Positions 10,049 to 20,477 of a stretch of 64,000 nt of DNA are shown in pieces. Each line of letters begins with the position of its first letter. The stretch's first letter is position 1. The notes beneath the pieces were generated by a model. The model did no database searches. It saw only the letters and a program-made list of their open reading frames with translations, and was not told where the DNA came from. Source of the stretch: an uncultured Acidobacteriota bacterium (GTDB lineage: Bacteria > Acidobacteriota > Thermoanaerobaculia > Multivoradales > UBA5704); contig CAVYRF010000002.1 of NCBI GenBank assembly GCA_963770895.1, positions 2,848,001 to 2,912,000 on the forward strand, read 5' to 3'. A program made the translations under genes and the position numbers.

Positions 10049-11034
10049 CGCGCCACCAGCGGCACGTCCGCAGCTTCAGCTCCCTCGGCGTCGAGAGCCG
10101 GCGGCCCGCCGGCGGCCGGGGTCCCCGGCGGAGCCAGGTCCGGCGGCCCATCGCCGGTGCGACCATGGTCGATTCTTGGTGCAACGTCATGAGGGCGTTG
10201 GTCGGCAAGGTCCCGCGGGCGCGACGCCGACGCCGGATTGGCTGCGGCGCCTGGCCCGGCCTGGGCGGCGGCCGCGGCCGTCGCGGCGACATCGATGCGG
10301 CCGTCGCGCAGATGGATCTGGCGATCCGCCAGCGCCGCCACCGCCAGGTCGTGGGTCACCAGCACCAGCGTCGTTCCCTCCAGCCGCCGCAGCTCGGTCA
10401 GCAGCTGCAGCACCTTGCGGCCGGTCGCCCCGTCCAGGTTGCCGGTCGGCTCGTCCGCCAGCAGGATCGCGGGGCGCGCCGCGAAGGCGCGCGCCAGGGC
10501 AACCCGCTGCTGCTCGCCGCCCGACAGCTGGGACGGATAGTGATGGCCGCGGTCCGCCAGGCCGACCGCCGCCAGCAGCTGGTCCGCCCGCGCCGGCGGA
10601 TCGGCCAGCCCGGCCAGCTCGGCCGGCAGCAGCACGTTTTCGCGCGCCGTGAGGTTGCCCAGCAGCTGGAAGCTCTGGAAGACAAAGCCGACCTGGTGTC
10701 GCCGCAGGAGCGCCAGGGCATCTTCCGAGAGCCCCGAGATCGGCCGGCCATCGATCCGCACTTCGCCCGACGTGGGCCGGTCCAGCCCCGCCATCAGCGC
10801 CAGGAGCGTCGACTTGCCGCTGCCCGAAGGCCCCACCACGGCGACGAATTCGCCCGCCGCGATGCGCAGGTCCACGTCGTCCAGGATCGTCAGCTGGCGA
10901 TCGCCGGATGGCAATCGCCGCGTCAGGCCGGACAGCTCGATACGGGGCGCGGGTTGGGGAGGCATCGATGGCAGCGAAGAGGCGTGAAGGGGAGCGGGCC
11001 GCTGGACGGGGACTTGGACGCTTGGGAGCCTCAA
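10045..11034 (-). CDS. ybbA: ABC transporter ATP-binding protein, YbbA-like
   Basis: [25 protein letters not shown]; start uncertain. Confidence 0.9.
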   Translation of the reverse strand: MRLPSVQVPVQRPAPLHASSLPSMPPQPAPRIELSGLTRRLPSGDRQLTILDDVDLRIAAGEFVAVVGPSGSGKSTLLALMAGLDRPTSGEVRIDGRPISGLSEDALALLRRHQVGFVFQSFQLLGNLTARENVLLPAELAGLADPPARADQLLAAVGLADRGHHYPSQLSGGEQQRVALARAFAARPAILLADEPTGNLDGATGRKVLQLLTELRRLEGTTLVLVTHDLAVAALADRQIHLRDGRIDVAATAAAAAQAGPGAAANPASASRPRDLADQRPHDVAPRIDHGRTGDGPPDLAPPGTPAAGGPPALDAEGAEAADVPLVAR

Positions 11035-11065
11035 CCAGGAGACGCGGCAGACATAGAATCCTTAC

Positions 11066-11869
11066 ATGCCGCGGAAACTCGCAACTCGCATCCTCCTGCC
11101 GCTTATTCCCGCCGCCCTGCCCGCTGCGTGCGTGCTGGCGCTCACCCTCGCCGCTCCCGCCGTACCCTTGCTGGCCCACCCTGCGTCGGTCGCGCCGGCC
11201 GCGGTGACGTCCTTGGTGCCAGCTCGGGCTGGTGCACCGACATCCTCTTCCTCTTCCTTGGCCCCGCCGCCGGGGCCTGCCGCGGGCGCGGGGTCACCGC
11301 TGGTGGTGTTTTTGGGTGACAGCCTGACGGCGGGCCTGGGCCTGGCCGCCGACCAGGCCTATCCGGCGGTGCTGGAGCGCCAGCTGCGCGCCGACGGCGT
11401 GGCGGCGCGCGTCATCAACGCCGGCGTGTCGGGCGACACCACCGCCGGCGGCCTGCGCCGTGAAACCTGGCTGCTCGCCCAGCACCCCGCCATCCTGGTC
11501 GTCGGCCTGGGCGCCAACGACGGCCTGCGCGGCGCCGCCGTCGCCGACGTCGAACGCAATCTGCGCGACATCGTCGCCAACGCCCGCAAAACCGGCGCCG
11601 CGGTGCTGCTGCTGGGCATGCAGATCCCGCCCAACTACGGCCCCGACTACGCCGGTGCCTTTGCCGCCGTCTACCCGCGCATCGCGCGCGATCTGCACGT
11701 GGCGCTGGTCCCCTTCCTGCTGGCCGGCGTCGGCGGCATCCCCAACCTCAACCAGGCCGACGGCATCCATCCCACCGCCGCCGGTCATCAGATCGTCGCC
11801 GCCAACGTCAAACCCTACCTGGAAGACCTGCTGCGCCACCGCCCCGCCGCCGCCGCGGCAGGCCACTAG
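11066..11869 (+). CDS. tesA: Arylesterase/acyl-CoA thioesterase I (SGNH/GDSL)
   Basis: GDSL, NAGVSGDTT, GAND, DGIHP; divergent from ybbA as in the known tesA-ybbAP locus. Confidence 0.9.
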   Translation: MPRKLATRILLPLIPAALPAACVLALTLAAPAVPLLAHPASVAPAAVTSLVPARAGAPTSSSSSLAPPPGPAAGAGSPLVVFLGDSLTAGLGLAADQAYPAVLERQLRADGVAARVINAGVSGDTTAGGLRRETWLLAQHPAILVVGLGANDGLRGAAVADVERNLRDIVANARKTGAAVLLLGMQIPPNYGPDYAGAFAAVYPRIARDLHVALVPFLLAGVGGIPNLNQADGIHPTAAGHQIVAANVKPYLEDLLRHRPAAAAAGH

Positions 11870-12705
11870 CCGGCGCGCTCCTGCTCCTTGGCTTCATCCC
11901 ACAGGGCGTCCATTTCGGCCAGGGTGGCCTGGGCGAGGGGGCGGTCGCGCGCGGCAAGGGCCTGCTCGACGTGCTGGAAGCGGCGGCGGAACTTGGCGTT
12001 GGCGGCGGCCAGGGCGGCCTCGGGATCGACGTCGAGCTTGCGGGCCAGGTTGGCGACGGCGAACAGCAGGTCGCCCAGCTCTTCGCGCACCGCGCCGGGC
12101 GTGTCGCCTGCCAGGGCGGCGCGGAGCTCGCGGATTTCCTCTTCGGCCTTGGTCAGAACATCGTCGGCGCGCGGCCAGTCGAATCCGACGCCGGCGGCTT
12201 TCTGGCTGATGCGATAGGCGGCCAGCAGCGCCGGCAGGGAGGCGGGCACGCCGGCGAGCAGCCCCGCGCGCGCCGGCTCTTCGGCGAGCTTGCGGCGCTC
12301 CCAGGCCGCGGCGACGGCGGCGGCGTCGGCAAGCTCCGCGCCGCCGAAGACATGAGGGTGGCGGGACACCATCTTGGTGCGCACCTGCTCGATCACGTCG
12401 GCCAGCTGGAAGGCGCCGGCTTCGGCGGCCAGGCGGCCGATGAAGGCTGTCTGAAACAGCACGTCGCCCAGCTCGCCGGCGATCTCCGTCCAGTCCGCGC
12501 CGTCGATGGCCGCGGCCAGCTCGTGGGCCTCCTCCAGCAGGTAGGCGCGCAGGTCGGCCAGATGCTGCTCGCGGTCCCACGGACAGCCGTCGGGCGCCCG
12601 CAAGCGCTCCACCAGGTCGAGCAGCGGCTGCAGGTCGGCGCCGCGCGCCGCGTCGGCAGCGCCAGGCGAACCGGCGGAGTGTGGCGGCTCGGTGGTTGGG
12701 GACAT
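11866..12705 (-). CDS. mazG: Nucleoside triphosphate pyrophosphohydrolase MazG
   Basis: GCPWDREQ, ELGDVLFQ, RHPHVF, GFDW, EELGDLLF. Confidence 0.95.
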   Translation of the reverse strand: MSPTTEPPHSAGSPGAADAARGADLQPLLDLVERLRAPDGCPWDREQHLADLRAYLLEEAHELAAAIDGADWTEIAGELGDVLFQTAFIGRLAAEAGAFQLADVIEQVRTKMVSRHPHVFGGAELADAAAVAAAWERRKLAEEPARAGLLAGVPASLPALLAAYRISQKAAGVGFDWPRADDVLTKAEEEIRELRAALAGDTPGAVREELGDLLFAVANLARKLDVDPEAALAAANAKFRRRFQHVEQALAARDRPLAQATLAEMDALWDEAKEQERAG

Positions 12706-13013
12706 GACGTTTGGTGTTCCTCGAAGTTCAGCCCGGCCGCGGTGGGGGTTTTGCGTCGCGCGGCACGGAACGTTGCCACCACTGTGTCACGACTCGGCCA
12801 AGGCCCTCCACGGGGTGCCGCCCAACGGTGCCAGCCAAACCACGTCCCCCCGGCGTGAGCCTGCCAGCCAGGGGGCGGCTCCTCATCCCCGCCGGGCCGC
12901 CGACGGACGCCCATCCCGCTTGCCGGGGTACACTTGCCCACCGGCGGGCCGCTTGCTACGATTTTTCAAGCTCAGCCGAAAACAATGCTGTCTGTTGGCG
13001 GGTGGAGGTGCTG

Positions 13014-13646
13014 GTGAGTGACGAAGGCAAGGCGCTGAAGATCACCGATAAGCGGATGTTCACCGCGGACGGTGAGCTGCGCGAAGAGTACCGATTCCTC
13101 GACCAGAAGACGGACGCCGCCGCCGAGCCCGCGGCGGCAGGTGGCGCGGTGGATGCGGCACGCGGCGCGACCCCGGCAGGCAGAGCCGGCGGGCCGGGCG
13201 CCGGGCCGGGGATGACCGGACCCGTCGCCGCGCCGTCGCCGGACTGGTCGTCCGGTGGTGTCGCCATGCGCGACGATGCCGCGCCGCAACCGGTGCGGCC
13301 GGCGGACCGCGGCGATCGCAATGACCGCGATGACCGCAGCGATCGCGGCGAGCCTGCCGACTACGGCGCCAGCGCGCGCCTGGAGCTGCCCGGCGCGCCG
13401 CCGGGCCTGGGGCCGACGTTTTACGACCTGGCGTCGGTGCTGGCGGAACCGATCCCGGTCTACCTGGGGGACGTGGAACTGCCGGACGGCCAATCGGCCG
13501 AAAACATCGAGGCGGCGCGTCTCTACATCGACCTGCTGGATGTCCTGCGGCAGAAGACCGCGGGCAACCTGACCGGCCAGGAAAGCGCCTTCCTGGAGGA
13601 CCTGTTGTACCGCTCGCGGGTCCGCTATGTCCAGAAGCGTGGATAG
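13014..13646 (+). CDS. DUF1844-domain protein
   Basis: GGAGG then GTG; N-terminal KITDKRMF; C-terminal IDLLDVLRQKTAGNLTGQESAFLEDLLY. Confidence 0.75.
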   Translation: MSDEGKALKITDKRMFTADGELREEYRFLDQKTDAAAEPAAAGGAVDAARGATPAGRAGGPGAGPGMTGPVAAPSPDWSSGGVAMRDDAAPQPVRPADRGDRNDRDDRSDRGEPADYGASARLELPGAPPGLGPTFYDLASVLAEPIPVYLGDVELPDGQSAENIEAARLYIDLLDVLRQKTAGNLTGQESAFLEDLLYRSRVRYVQKRG

Positions 13647-13673
13647 GCCGCCCATCGGCGCGGCCGGCGGAGC

Positions 13674-15473
13674 GTGAGCGTGCGCCCAGGCGCAGGCCCG
13701 CTGCTGGCGGCGGCGTGGGCGCTGGCCGGCCTGCTGGCGGCCCTCCCGGCGCCGGCTGCGGCGGCGCCGGCGGACGGCGATCCGGGGCAGCCCGCCGCGG
13801 GGATCGCGGTCAACACGGCGGGCGACGTGCCGGCGGCGGCGCGCGGCACCGGTTTCGAGGTGACGCCGGCGGTGCGCGGCCAGCTGCAACAGCTGCAGGT
13901 GGAGTGGCTGCGCTGGACGGGCGCCGCCGACCGCGAGCATTCCGAAAGCGCGGTGGGCGAAATGCTGGCGACCGCCGGCCAGATGGGCATGACGCGCCTG
14001 CCGGACCTGTCGCTGGGCGCCCTGGCGTGGGCGATGGAGTCGGCGCGCCACCACGATTTCGCGCGCGCCGAGTGGGCGCTGGCGGCGGCCGAGCGGCTGG
14101 ACCCGGGCCGCCCCGAACCGGCCTTCGCGGTGGCGGCCGTCGCCTGGCAGAGCCGTTCGTGGCTGCGCGCCGCCACCGCCCTGGGCAGCGCCTATTCGCG
14201 GCTCCTTCTGCTGCCGCTGCCGCGCTTCCTATGGCTGCAGGACCTGCTGATGTGGGGTGGGTGCCTGCTGCTGGTGACCGGCGGGCTGTTTGTCGCCGCA
14301 CTGCTGGCGACGCGCGGCGCCGGCCTGTTCCACGACTGCGTGCGGCTGTTTCCGGCGCGCCTGCCGCGCGCCCTGGCAATCCTGCTGGCGGCCGCGGTGC
14401 TGCTGTGGCCCCTGGCGCTGCCCGGCGGCCTGCTGTGGGCGCCGCTCCTGTGGTCGCTGCTGCTGTGGGGGTACGGCTCGGGGAGCGAGCGAACGGTGTT
14501 GATCGCCCTGTGGCTGCTGCTCGGCGCGGCGCCGGTGCTGATCGCGGCGCAGGAACGGGCGGTGGCGGTGCGGCTGTCGCCGCCGGTCAAGGCGCTGGAC
14601 AGCCTGCGCGAGCGCCGGCTGTATGGCGGGCTGTTCACCGACCTGGGAACTCTGCGCACCAGCCTGCCCGACAGCACGGCGGTCACGCACCTGGTGGCCG
14701 ACGTGCATCGGGTGTTCAACCAGTGGGACCTGGCGCGCGGTTTCTATCGCGAGGTGCTGGTCGCCGAGCCGCAGAACGCATCGGCGCTGCTGGATCTGGG
14801 CGTCTATGCCTACAACCGCGGCGACACCAACTCCGCCATCCAGTTCTTCCAGCAGGCCTCGGCGGCCGATCCGCACAATGCCGCCGCCGCGCAGTTCAAT
14901 CTCAGCCAGGCCTACAACGAGGCCTACCTGTTCGACGAGGCCCACCGCGCCCTGGCCCAGGCCAAGTCGATCGATGCCGAGGCGGTGGACCGCTGGCTGG
15001 CCAACGTGGATCAGGAAAAGGTGGTGGTCGCCGCCGGCGGTCTGGCGCTCATCCCCCAGATCGAAGCCAGCCTGGCGGGTGTCGCCCTGCGGCCGGACCT
15101 GGCCCGCCACGGCTCTTCGCTGATGGCGGCGCTCGGGCTGATCCTGGTGGCCGTGGCGCTGCACCTTGCCCGGCGGCCCTTCGGCTACACCGAGAGCAAT
15201 CTGCAGTGGCGGCTGGGCGGCCGCGCCCTGGACCGCTGGCGGCGGGCGCTGGTGCCGGGCCTGTCGGCGGTCGAGGCGGGAGAGGGCGCCCGCGCCTACC
15301 TGGCGCTGCTCACCCCGGCCGGCTTGCTGATGCTGCCGCTGTTCGAGCGCATGGGGTACCGCATCCCCTGGGGTTATGATGCGGGCAGCACCTTGCCATG
15401 GATCGTGTCGATCTCCGGACTGATGATCTACCTGGTCGTGCGGCTGCGCTGGGAGCTGCACAACGCGGTGTGA
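13674..15473 (+). CDS. TPR-containing membrane protein
   Basis: Signal peptide, several TM helices, TPR-like repeats (AQFNLSQAY). Confidence 0.7.
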   Translation: MSVRPGAGPLLAAAWALAGLLAALPAPAAAAPADGDPGQPAAGIAVNTAGDVPAAARGTGFEVTPAVRGQLQQLQVEWLRWTGAADREHSESAVGEMLATAGQMGMTRLPDLSLGALAWAMESARHHDFARAEWALAAAERLDPGRPEPAFAVAAVAWQSRSWLRAATALGSAYSRLLLLPLPRFLWLQDLLMWGGCLLLVTGGLFVAALLATRGAGLFHDCVRLFPARLPRALAILLAAAVLLWPLALPGGLLWAPLLWSLLLWGYGSGSERTVLIALWLLLGAAPVLIAAQERAVAVRLSPPVKALDSLRERRLYGGLFTDLGTLRTSLPDSTAVTHLVADVHRVFNQWDLARGFYREVLVAEPQNASALLDLGVYAYNRGDTNSAIQFFQQASAADPHNAAAAQFNLSQAYNEAYLFDEAHRALAQAKSIDAEAVDRWLANVDQEKVVVAAGGLALIPQIEASLAGVALRPDLARHGSSLMAALGLILVAVALHLARRPFGYTESNLQWRLGGRALDRWRRALVPGLSAVEAGEGARAYLALLTPAGLLMLPLFERMGYRIPWGYDAGSTLPWIVSISGLMIYLVVRLRWELHNAV

Positions 15474-15521
15474 CATCGCCGCCCATGCCGTGCACCCCTG
15501 ATTCTCGTGAGGTCGTCGTCG

Positions 15522-17387
15522 ATGGCGATTGAGGGCAGCCTTGACCTGTTCGGCCTGCCGGAGATCCTGCAGATGATCTCCCAGCAGGGCAAGACCGGGA
15601 TTCTCACCATCCAGGGGCAGCAGGACATCGTGGCGGTGTCGTTCCTGAGCGGCAAGATCGTCGCCGCCGATTCGTTGGCCCATACGATCGAAGAGGGGCT
15701 GGGACAGGTCCTGGTTGGCGAAGGGCTGCTCGGCGCCGCCGACTTTGCGCGCGCCAACGCCGAAAACCATGCCACGGGCGGCCGCCTGCTCGACTTCCTG
15801 GTCGATCGCGGCATTCTGGCTCGCCAGGACCTGATGGCCGCCCTGCGGTTGCAGACCATGCGGCAGCTGGGCACGTTGCTGCACTGGCAGCAGGGCGACT
15901 TCAAGTTCTACAGCGGCGACGAGGTTTCCTACGAAGATGGTTTCGAGCCCATCTCGGTGGAGGACCTGTTGCTGCGGTCGCTGGCGGAATTTTCGGCGCC
16001 GGCCGCGCCCGCCGTGCAGCCGCAGCCGGGCGGAGCGGGATCTGCCGCGCCGGGGATGGCGGCGGCGGGAGCTGCCGCCGGGATGGCCGCGGCGCCCGCG
16101 GCGCCCGCGCTGCCATGGTCGCAACCGGTCGCCGCACCACCGGCGCCAGCGTCCAGGCCGGTTGCGGCGACCGCCGCCGGCAGCCTGGACGCGGTCACCT
16201 CCGCCCAGGCGGGTCCCCTGGCCGGTGGACCACCCTTCCCGGCGCCGGCCGCGCCGCAGCCGGCGGCAGCCGGCGGCGGCACCGACCCGCGCGGGCGCCG
16301 GCCGGCCGGACGGCAGCGGCCCGACAGCGGTGAGCTGTGGCTGCCGGAAGTGCCTGAGCTGCCCGAGGTCTCGCTGCTGCCCCATGGGGCCGGCGGCGCC
16401 GGGGCGGCGCCGCCGTTTGCCGTGGCCGTGCCGCCGGCCGCCGCCGGGGCGTCGCGGGCCGCCGCACCAGCGGCTGGCGCCGGCGCCGCGGCGCCGCCTC
16501 GCGCCCCCGCCGTGAACCCGGTGCCGCCCGCCGGTGCCGCCGGCCCAGCCGGCTCCCCCGGCCTCCCCGGCTCCCCCGGTTCGTCCGGCTCCCTCGGCTC
16601 CCCCGGTTCGTCCGGCTCCCTCGGCTCCCCCGGCTCCCTCGGATCATCGCGCCAGCCGGCGGCCCCGCTGCCCTGGCCGGCGGCGGTGATGATCCCGCCG
16701 GCGTCCGCCGCCGCCGCCGCCGCCCGGCCGCGCGTCGAGCCGGTGCGGCAGCGTCCGGACGGTGCGCGGGGGCCGGCCGGCGCCGGCGCCGCCGCCCCTG
16801 GGGCGATGCCGGCCGTCGCCGCGGCCGCGGCGACGATCGCGGTCCCTCCCAGCCCCGGTGCCCCCGCTTATGTCGACACGCCGCCGCTGCCGGCCAAGTT
16901 CCGGCAGATGCGGATCGAGCGCACCGGCATGGTGCCTGGGAGCGAACGGCTGGTCGTCGGGCTGTTGGCGCTGGCGCTGGTCGGCCTGGTCGTCGGCGTC
17001 GTGCGCCGCCTGCCGCAGGCGGTGCCGCTGCCGTTTCCCTGGCAGCAGGCGGAGCGCGGCACGCTGGTGCGCAACCAGCGCGAGTCGCTCTACAACAAGA
17101 TCGATCGGGCCGCCAAGACGGCCTTCCTGCGCGACGGCCGCTTCCCGGACCGGTTGAGCCAGCTGGCCGAATCGGGCCTGCTTTCGCCGGCGGACCTGGT
17201 GGACCCGGACGGCGAGCCGCTGCGCTACACCGCCCGCGAGGACAGCTATCTGCTGCAGGCCGTGGCCGCCGGCCAGCCGGTCGCCGACAGCGAGGTGAGC
17301 GAATCGATCGCGGGCAACTTCCTGCTCGACCCCAACCTGCTGCAGAACCACGACCCCACCGGTCCGCCCGTGGTGTTGCTGGACTAG
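15522..17387 (+). CDS. DUF4388 (PatA-N-like) domain membrane protein
   Basis: MAIEGSLDLFGLPEILQMISQQGKTGILTI; long Pro/Ala linker with PGS/LGS 9-bp repeats; one TM helix. Confidence 0.8.
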   Translation: MAIEGSLDLFGLPEILQMISQQGKTGILTIQGQQDIVAVSFLSGKIVAADSLAHTIEEGLGQVLVGEGLLGAADFARANAENHATGGRLLDFLVDRGILARQDLMAALRLQTMRQLGTLLHWQQGDFKFYSGDEVSYEDGFEPISVEDLLLRSLAEFSAPAAPAVQPQPGGAGSAAPGMAAAGAAAGMAAAPAAPALPWSQPVAAPPAPASRPVAATAAGSLDAVTSAQAGPLAGGPPFPAPAAPQPAAAGGGTDPRGRRPAGRQRPDSGELWLPEVPELPEVSLLPHGAGGAGAAPPFAVAVPPAAAGASRAAAPAAGAGAAAPPRAPAVNPVPPAGAAGPAGSPGLPGSPGSSGSLGSPGSSGSLGSPGSLGSSRQPAAPLPWPAAVMIPPASAAAAAARPRVEPVRQRPDGARGPAGAGAAAPGAMPAVAAAAATIAVPPSPGAPAYVDTPPLPAKFRQMRIERTGMVPGSERLVVGLLALALVGLVVGVVRRLPQAVPLPFPWQQAERGTLVRNQRESLYNKIDRAAKTAFLRDGRFPDRLSQLAESGLLSPADLVDPDGEPLRYTAREDSYLLQAVAAGQPVADSEVSESIAGNFLLDPNLLQNHDPTGPPVVLLD

Positions 17388-17535
17388 CCGGCAACGCCGC
17401 CGCGCCACCGCGTCCCGTCTCCCGCAAGCCGTCGCCGCCGGGCCGCCGGGCGACCGGTCCGCCTCTCCGCGGGGAGCGGACTGCGCGCCGGAATAAATGT
17501 GCGTCCGATATTGTCAACATGGGTGTGGCCGATCT

Positions 17536-17564
17536 TTGACAGGGGGCCACTAAGGTTTTAAAAT
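17536..17564 (+). promoter_or_regulatory. Sigma70-type promoter of dnaK
   Basis: TTGACA-N17-TAAAAT. Confidence 0.85.
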
Positions 17565-17635
17565 TTCCAGCGCGGCGTGGGCAGAGGAGATCAGCGCGCC
17601 AGGCCGACTGAACCAAAATCAGGAGGAGAGAGCAC

Positions 17636-19582
17636 GTGAGCAAAATCATCGGAATCGACCTGGGCACGACCAACAGCGTCGTGGCCGTCATGGAAGGCAC
17701 CGAAGCCAAGGTGATCCCGAACGCCGAAGGCAACCGCACCACGCCGTCGGTCGTCGCCTTCACCAAGGGCGGCGAGCGCCTGGTCGGGCAGGTGGCCAAG
17801 CGGCAGTCGGTGACCAACCCCCGCAACACCGTCTTCTCGATCAAGCGCTTCATGGGGCGCAAGTACAGCGAGGTCAACGAAGAGATGAAGATGGTGCCCT
17901 ACGTCGTCGAGCGCGCCGACAACGGCGACGTGCGAGTGGCGGTGGAGGGCAAGAAGTACTCGCCGCCCGAGATCTCGGCGATGATCCTGGGCAAGCTGAA
18001 GCAGGCCGCCGAAGACTACCTGGGCGAGAAGGTGGACCAGGCGGTGATCACCGTGCCGGCCTACTTCAACGACTCGCAGCGCCAGGCGACCAAGGACGCC
18101 GGCCGCATCGCCGGCCTCACCGTCGAGCGGCTGGTCAACGAGCCCACGGCGGCGGCGCTGGCCTATGGCCTGGACAAGCAGAAGGACCAGACGATCGCCG
18201 TCTACGACTTCGGCGGCGGCACCTTCGACATCTCGATCCTGGAGGTGGGCGAGGGCGTGGTCGAAGTCAAGGCCACCAACGGCGACACCCACCTGGGCGG
18301 CGACAACGTCGACCAGCGCATCATCGACTGGCTGCTCGAGGAGTTCAAGAAGGACCAGGGCATCGACCTGGGCAACGACCCGATGGCGATCCAGCGCCTC
18401 AAGGAAGCGGCCGAAAAGGCCAAGATCGAGCTGTCGTCGGCTCTCGAGACGGACGTCAACCTGCCGTTCATCACCGCCGACGCCGCCGGCCCCAAGCATC
18501 TCAACCTGCGGCTGACGCGCAGCAAGCTCGAGCAGCTGGTGGCGGACCTGATCCAGCGCTCCATGGGTCCCTGTCAGCGGGCGCTCGACGACGCGCACCT
18601 GACCCCCAAGGACATCGACGAAGTGGTCCTGGTGGGCGGCCAGACGCGCATGCCGGCGATCCAGAAGCTGGTCAAGGACTTCTTCGGCAAGGAGCCGCAC
18701 AAGGGCGTCAACCCCGACGAGGTGGTGGCGGTCGGCGCCGCGATTCAGGGCGGCGTGCTGCGCGGCGACGTCAAGGACATGCTGCTGCTCGACGTGACCC
18801 CGCTGTCGCTCGGCATCGAAACCCTGGGCGGCGTGTTCACCAAGCTGATCGACCGCAACACCACGATCCCGGCGCGCAAGGGCGAGACCTTTTCGACTGC
18901 CGCCGACAACCAGACCTCGGTCGAGGTGCACGTGCTGCAGGGCGAGCGCGAGATGGCGCGCTACAACCGCACGCTCGGCAAGTTCCACCTCGACGGCATC
19001 CCGGCGGCGCCGCGCGGCCGGCCGCAGATCGAAGTGTCGTTCGACATCGACGCCAACGGCATCGTCCACGTTTCGGCCAAGGACCTTGGCACCGGCAAGG
19101 AGCAGAAGATCACCATCACCTCCTCCTCGGGCCTGAGCGACAGCGAGATCGACCGCATGGTCAAGGAGGCCGAATCGCATAGCGACGAGGACAAGGAGCG
19201 GCTGCGCCAGGTGGAGATCCGCAACCGCCTGGACGCCCTGGCCTACAACACCGAGAAGACCTACAACGAGCATAAGGAAAAGCTCGCCGCGGACGACAAG
19301 GGGCAGCTGGAGCAGGCGATCGCCGACGCCAAGAAGGCGCTCGAATCCGAAGACACCGGCAACATGGAGAAGGCGACCGCCAACCTCGAGCAGGCGTCGC
19401 ACAAGATGGCCGAGCGCCTGTACAAGGAGCAGGCGGCGGGTGCGGCGGGTGGTCCCGGATCAGGCCCTGCCGGTGGCGGCGCCGCCGGCTCTCAGGGCGC
19501 GGCCGGCCAGCGGTCCGGCGGCGGCGCGGGCGCCGACGAGGTGATCGACGCCGAGTACGTGGACGTCGACGAGAAGCGCTGA
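17636..19582 (+). CDS. dnaK: Chaperone DnaK
   Basis: [32 protein letters not shown]; AGGAGG RBS. Confidence 0.99.
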   Translation: MSKIIGIDLGTTNSVVAVMEGTEAKVIPNAEGNRTTPSVVAFTKGGERLVGQVAKRQSVTNPRNTVFSIKRFMGRKYSEVNEEMKMVPYVVERADNGDVRVAVEGKKYSPPEISAMILGKLKQAAEDYLGEKVDQAVITVPAYFNDSQRQATKDAGRIAGLTVERLVNEPTAAALAYGLDKQKDQTIAVYDFGGGTFDISILEVGEGVVEVKATNGDTHLGGDNVDQRIIDWLLEEFKKDQGIDLGNDPMAIQRLKEAAEKAKIELSSALETDVNLPFITADAAGPKHLNLRLTRSKLEQLVADLIQRSMGPCQRALDDAHLTPKDIDEVVLVGGQTRMPAIQKLVKDFFGKEPHKGVNPDEVVAVGAAIQGGVLRGDVKDMLLLDVTPLSLGIETLGGVFTKLIDRNTTIPARKGETFSTAADNQTSVEVHVLQGEREMARYNRTLGKFHLDGIPAAPRGRPQIEVSFDIDANGIVHVSAKDLGTGKEQKITITSSSGLSDSEIDRMVKEAESHSDEDKERLRQVEIRNRLDALAYNTEKTYNEHKEKLAADDKGQLEQAIADAKKALESEDTGNMEKATANLEQASHKMAERLYKEQAAGAAGGPGSGPAGGGAAGSQGAAGQRSGGGAGADEVIDAEYVDVDEKR

Positions 19583-19593
19583 ACGGAGTTGGA

Positions 19594-20049
19594 ATGGCAC
19601 CGCTGCGCAAGACGTACCTCGATGAGTTGACGCGCATTCAGGAGCGCGTCAACGGTCTGTTCGAGCAGACGCTGGTTGCTGCCAACTTCGAGGACCGCGA
19701 CGCCGGCGCCCCTGGCAGCTGGGCGCCGGCGGTCGATCTCATCGAGGCGGAGGACGCCTACCTGCTCTTCGTGGAGCTGCCGGGAGTTCGCCGCGAAGAG
19801 GTGCAGCTGCAGGTGCGGGAGCGGCGGCTGGAGCTTTCCGGCCGCCGCCAGCCGCCCAGCGAGCATCGGACCTTTCTGCGCATGGAGCGTAGCTACGGTC
19901 CTTTTCGCCGCAGCTTCGAGCTGGCGGCGCCGATCGACGCGGACGCCATCACGGCCGAGCTGTCGCAGGGTATCCTGCGGGTACGCGTACCGAAGCGCCG
20001 TGACGGCGCCGGTCGCAGGGTGAACGTTCCGGTCGAGGAGAACCGCTGA
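19594..20049 (+). CDS. Hsp20/alpha-crystallin small heat-shock protein
   Basis: PAVDLIE, ELPGV, ERSYGPFRRSF, GILRVRVPK. Confidence 0.92.
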   Translation: MAPLRKTYLDELTRIQERVNGLFEQTLVAANFEDRDAGAPGSWAPAVDLIEAEDAYLLFVELPGVRREEVQLQVRERRLELSGRRQPPSEHRTFLRMERSYGPFRRSFELAAPIDADAITAELSQGILRVRVPKRRDGAGRRVNVPVEENR

Positions 20050-20435
20050 TGCAGTCCCGGCGCCGCGGCAGCCAGCCCAAGTACGTGATGATCAGCGTGG
20101 TGTCGGAGCGCTACGGCATCCACCCGCAGACCCTGCGCCTCTACGAGCGCGAAGGGCTGATCAAGCCGGCGCGCAGCTCCGGCAACACCCGCCTTTACGA
20201 CGAAGAGGCGATGCGCCGCCTGGAGATCATCCTCACCCTGACCCGCGACCTGGGCGTCAACCTCGCGGGCGTCGAAGTCATCCTCAACATGAAGGAGCGC
20301 ATGGAGCAGATGCAGGGCGAAGTCGACCGCCTGCTGGAGTTCGTGCGCAGCGAAGCCCAGGAACGCCGCCAGGCCATGGAGCGCCAGGGAGCCCTGGTGC
20401 GCGTGCGCGGCGGCCCCCTCACCAAACGCACGTAA
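20049..20435 (+). CDS. hspR: MerR-family heat-shock repressor HspR
   Basis: ISVVSERYGIHPQTLRLYEREGLIKPARS, LGVNLAGV. Confidence 0.9.
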   Translation: MQSRRRGSQPKYVMISVVSERYGIHPQTLRLYEREGLIKPARSSGNTRLYDEEAMRRLEIILTLTRDLGVNLAGVEVILNMKERMEQMQGEVDRLLEFVRSEAQERRQAMERQGALVRVRGGPLTKRT

Positions 20436-20477
20436 ATCAAGGTTGGGAAGCGCCCGCGCCGTGCTACGATTTTGCGC

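Noticed and set aside
17591-19402. Long antisense ORFs, e.g. opposite dnaK, uvrA (51285-54158), PBP1B (55203-57833) and ABC-F (57862-60900)
   Set aside because: Expected stop-poor shadow frames of high-GC3 genes; no recognisable motifs. Only the last ~125 aa of 57862-60900 is a real gene
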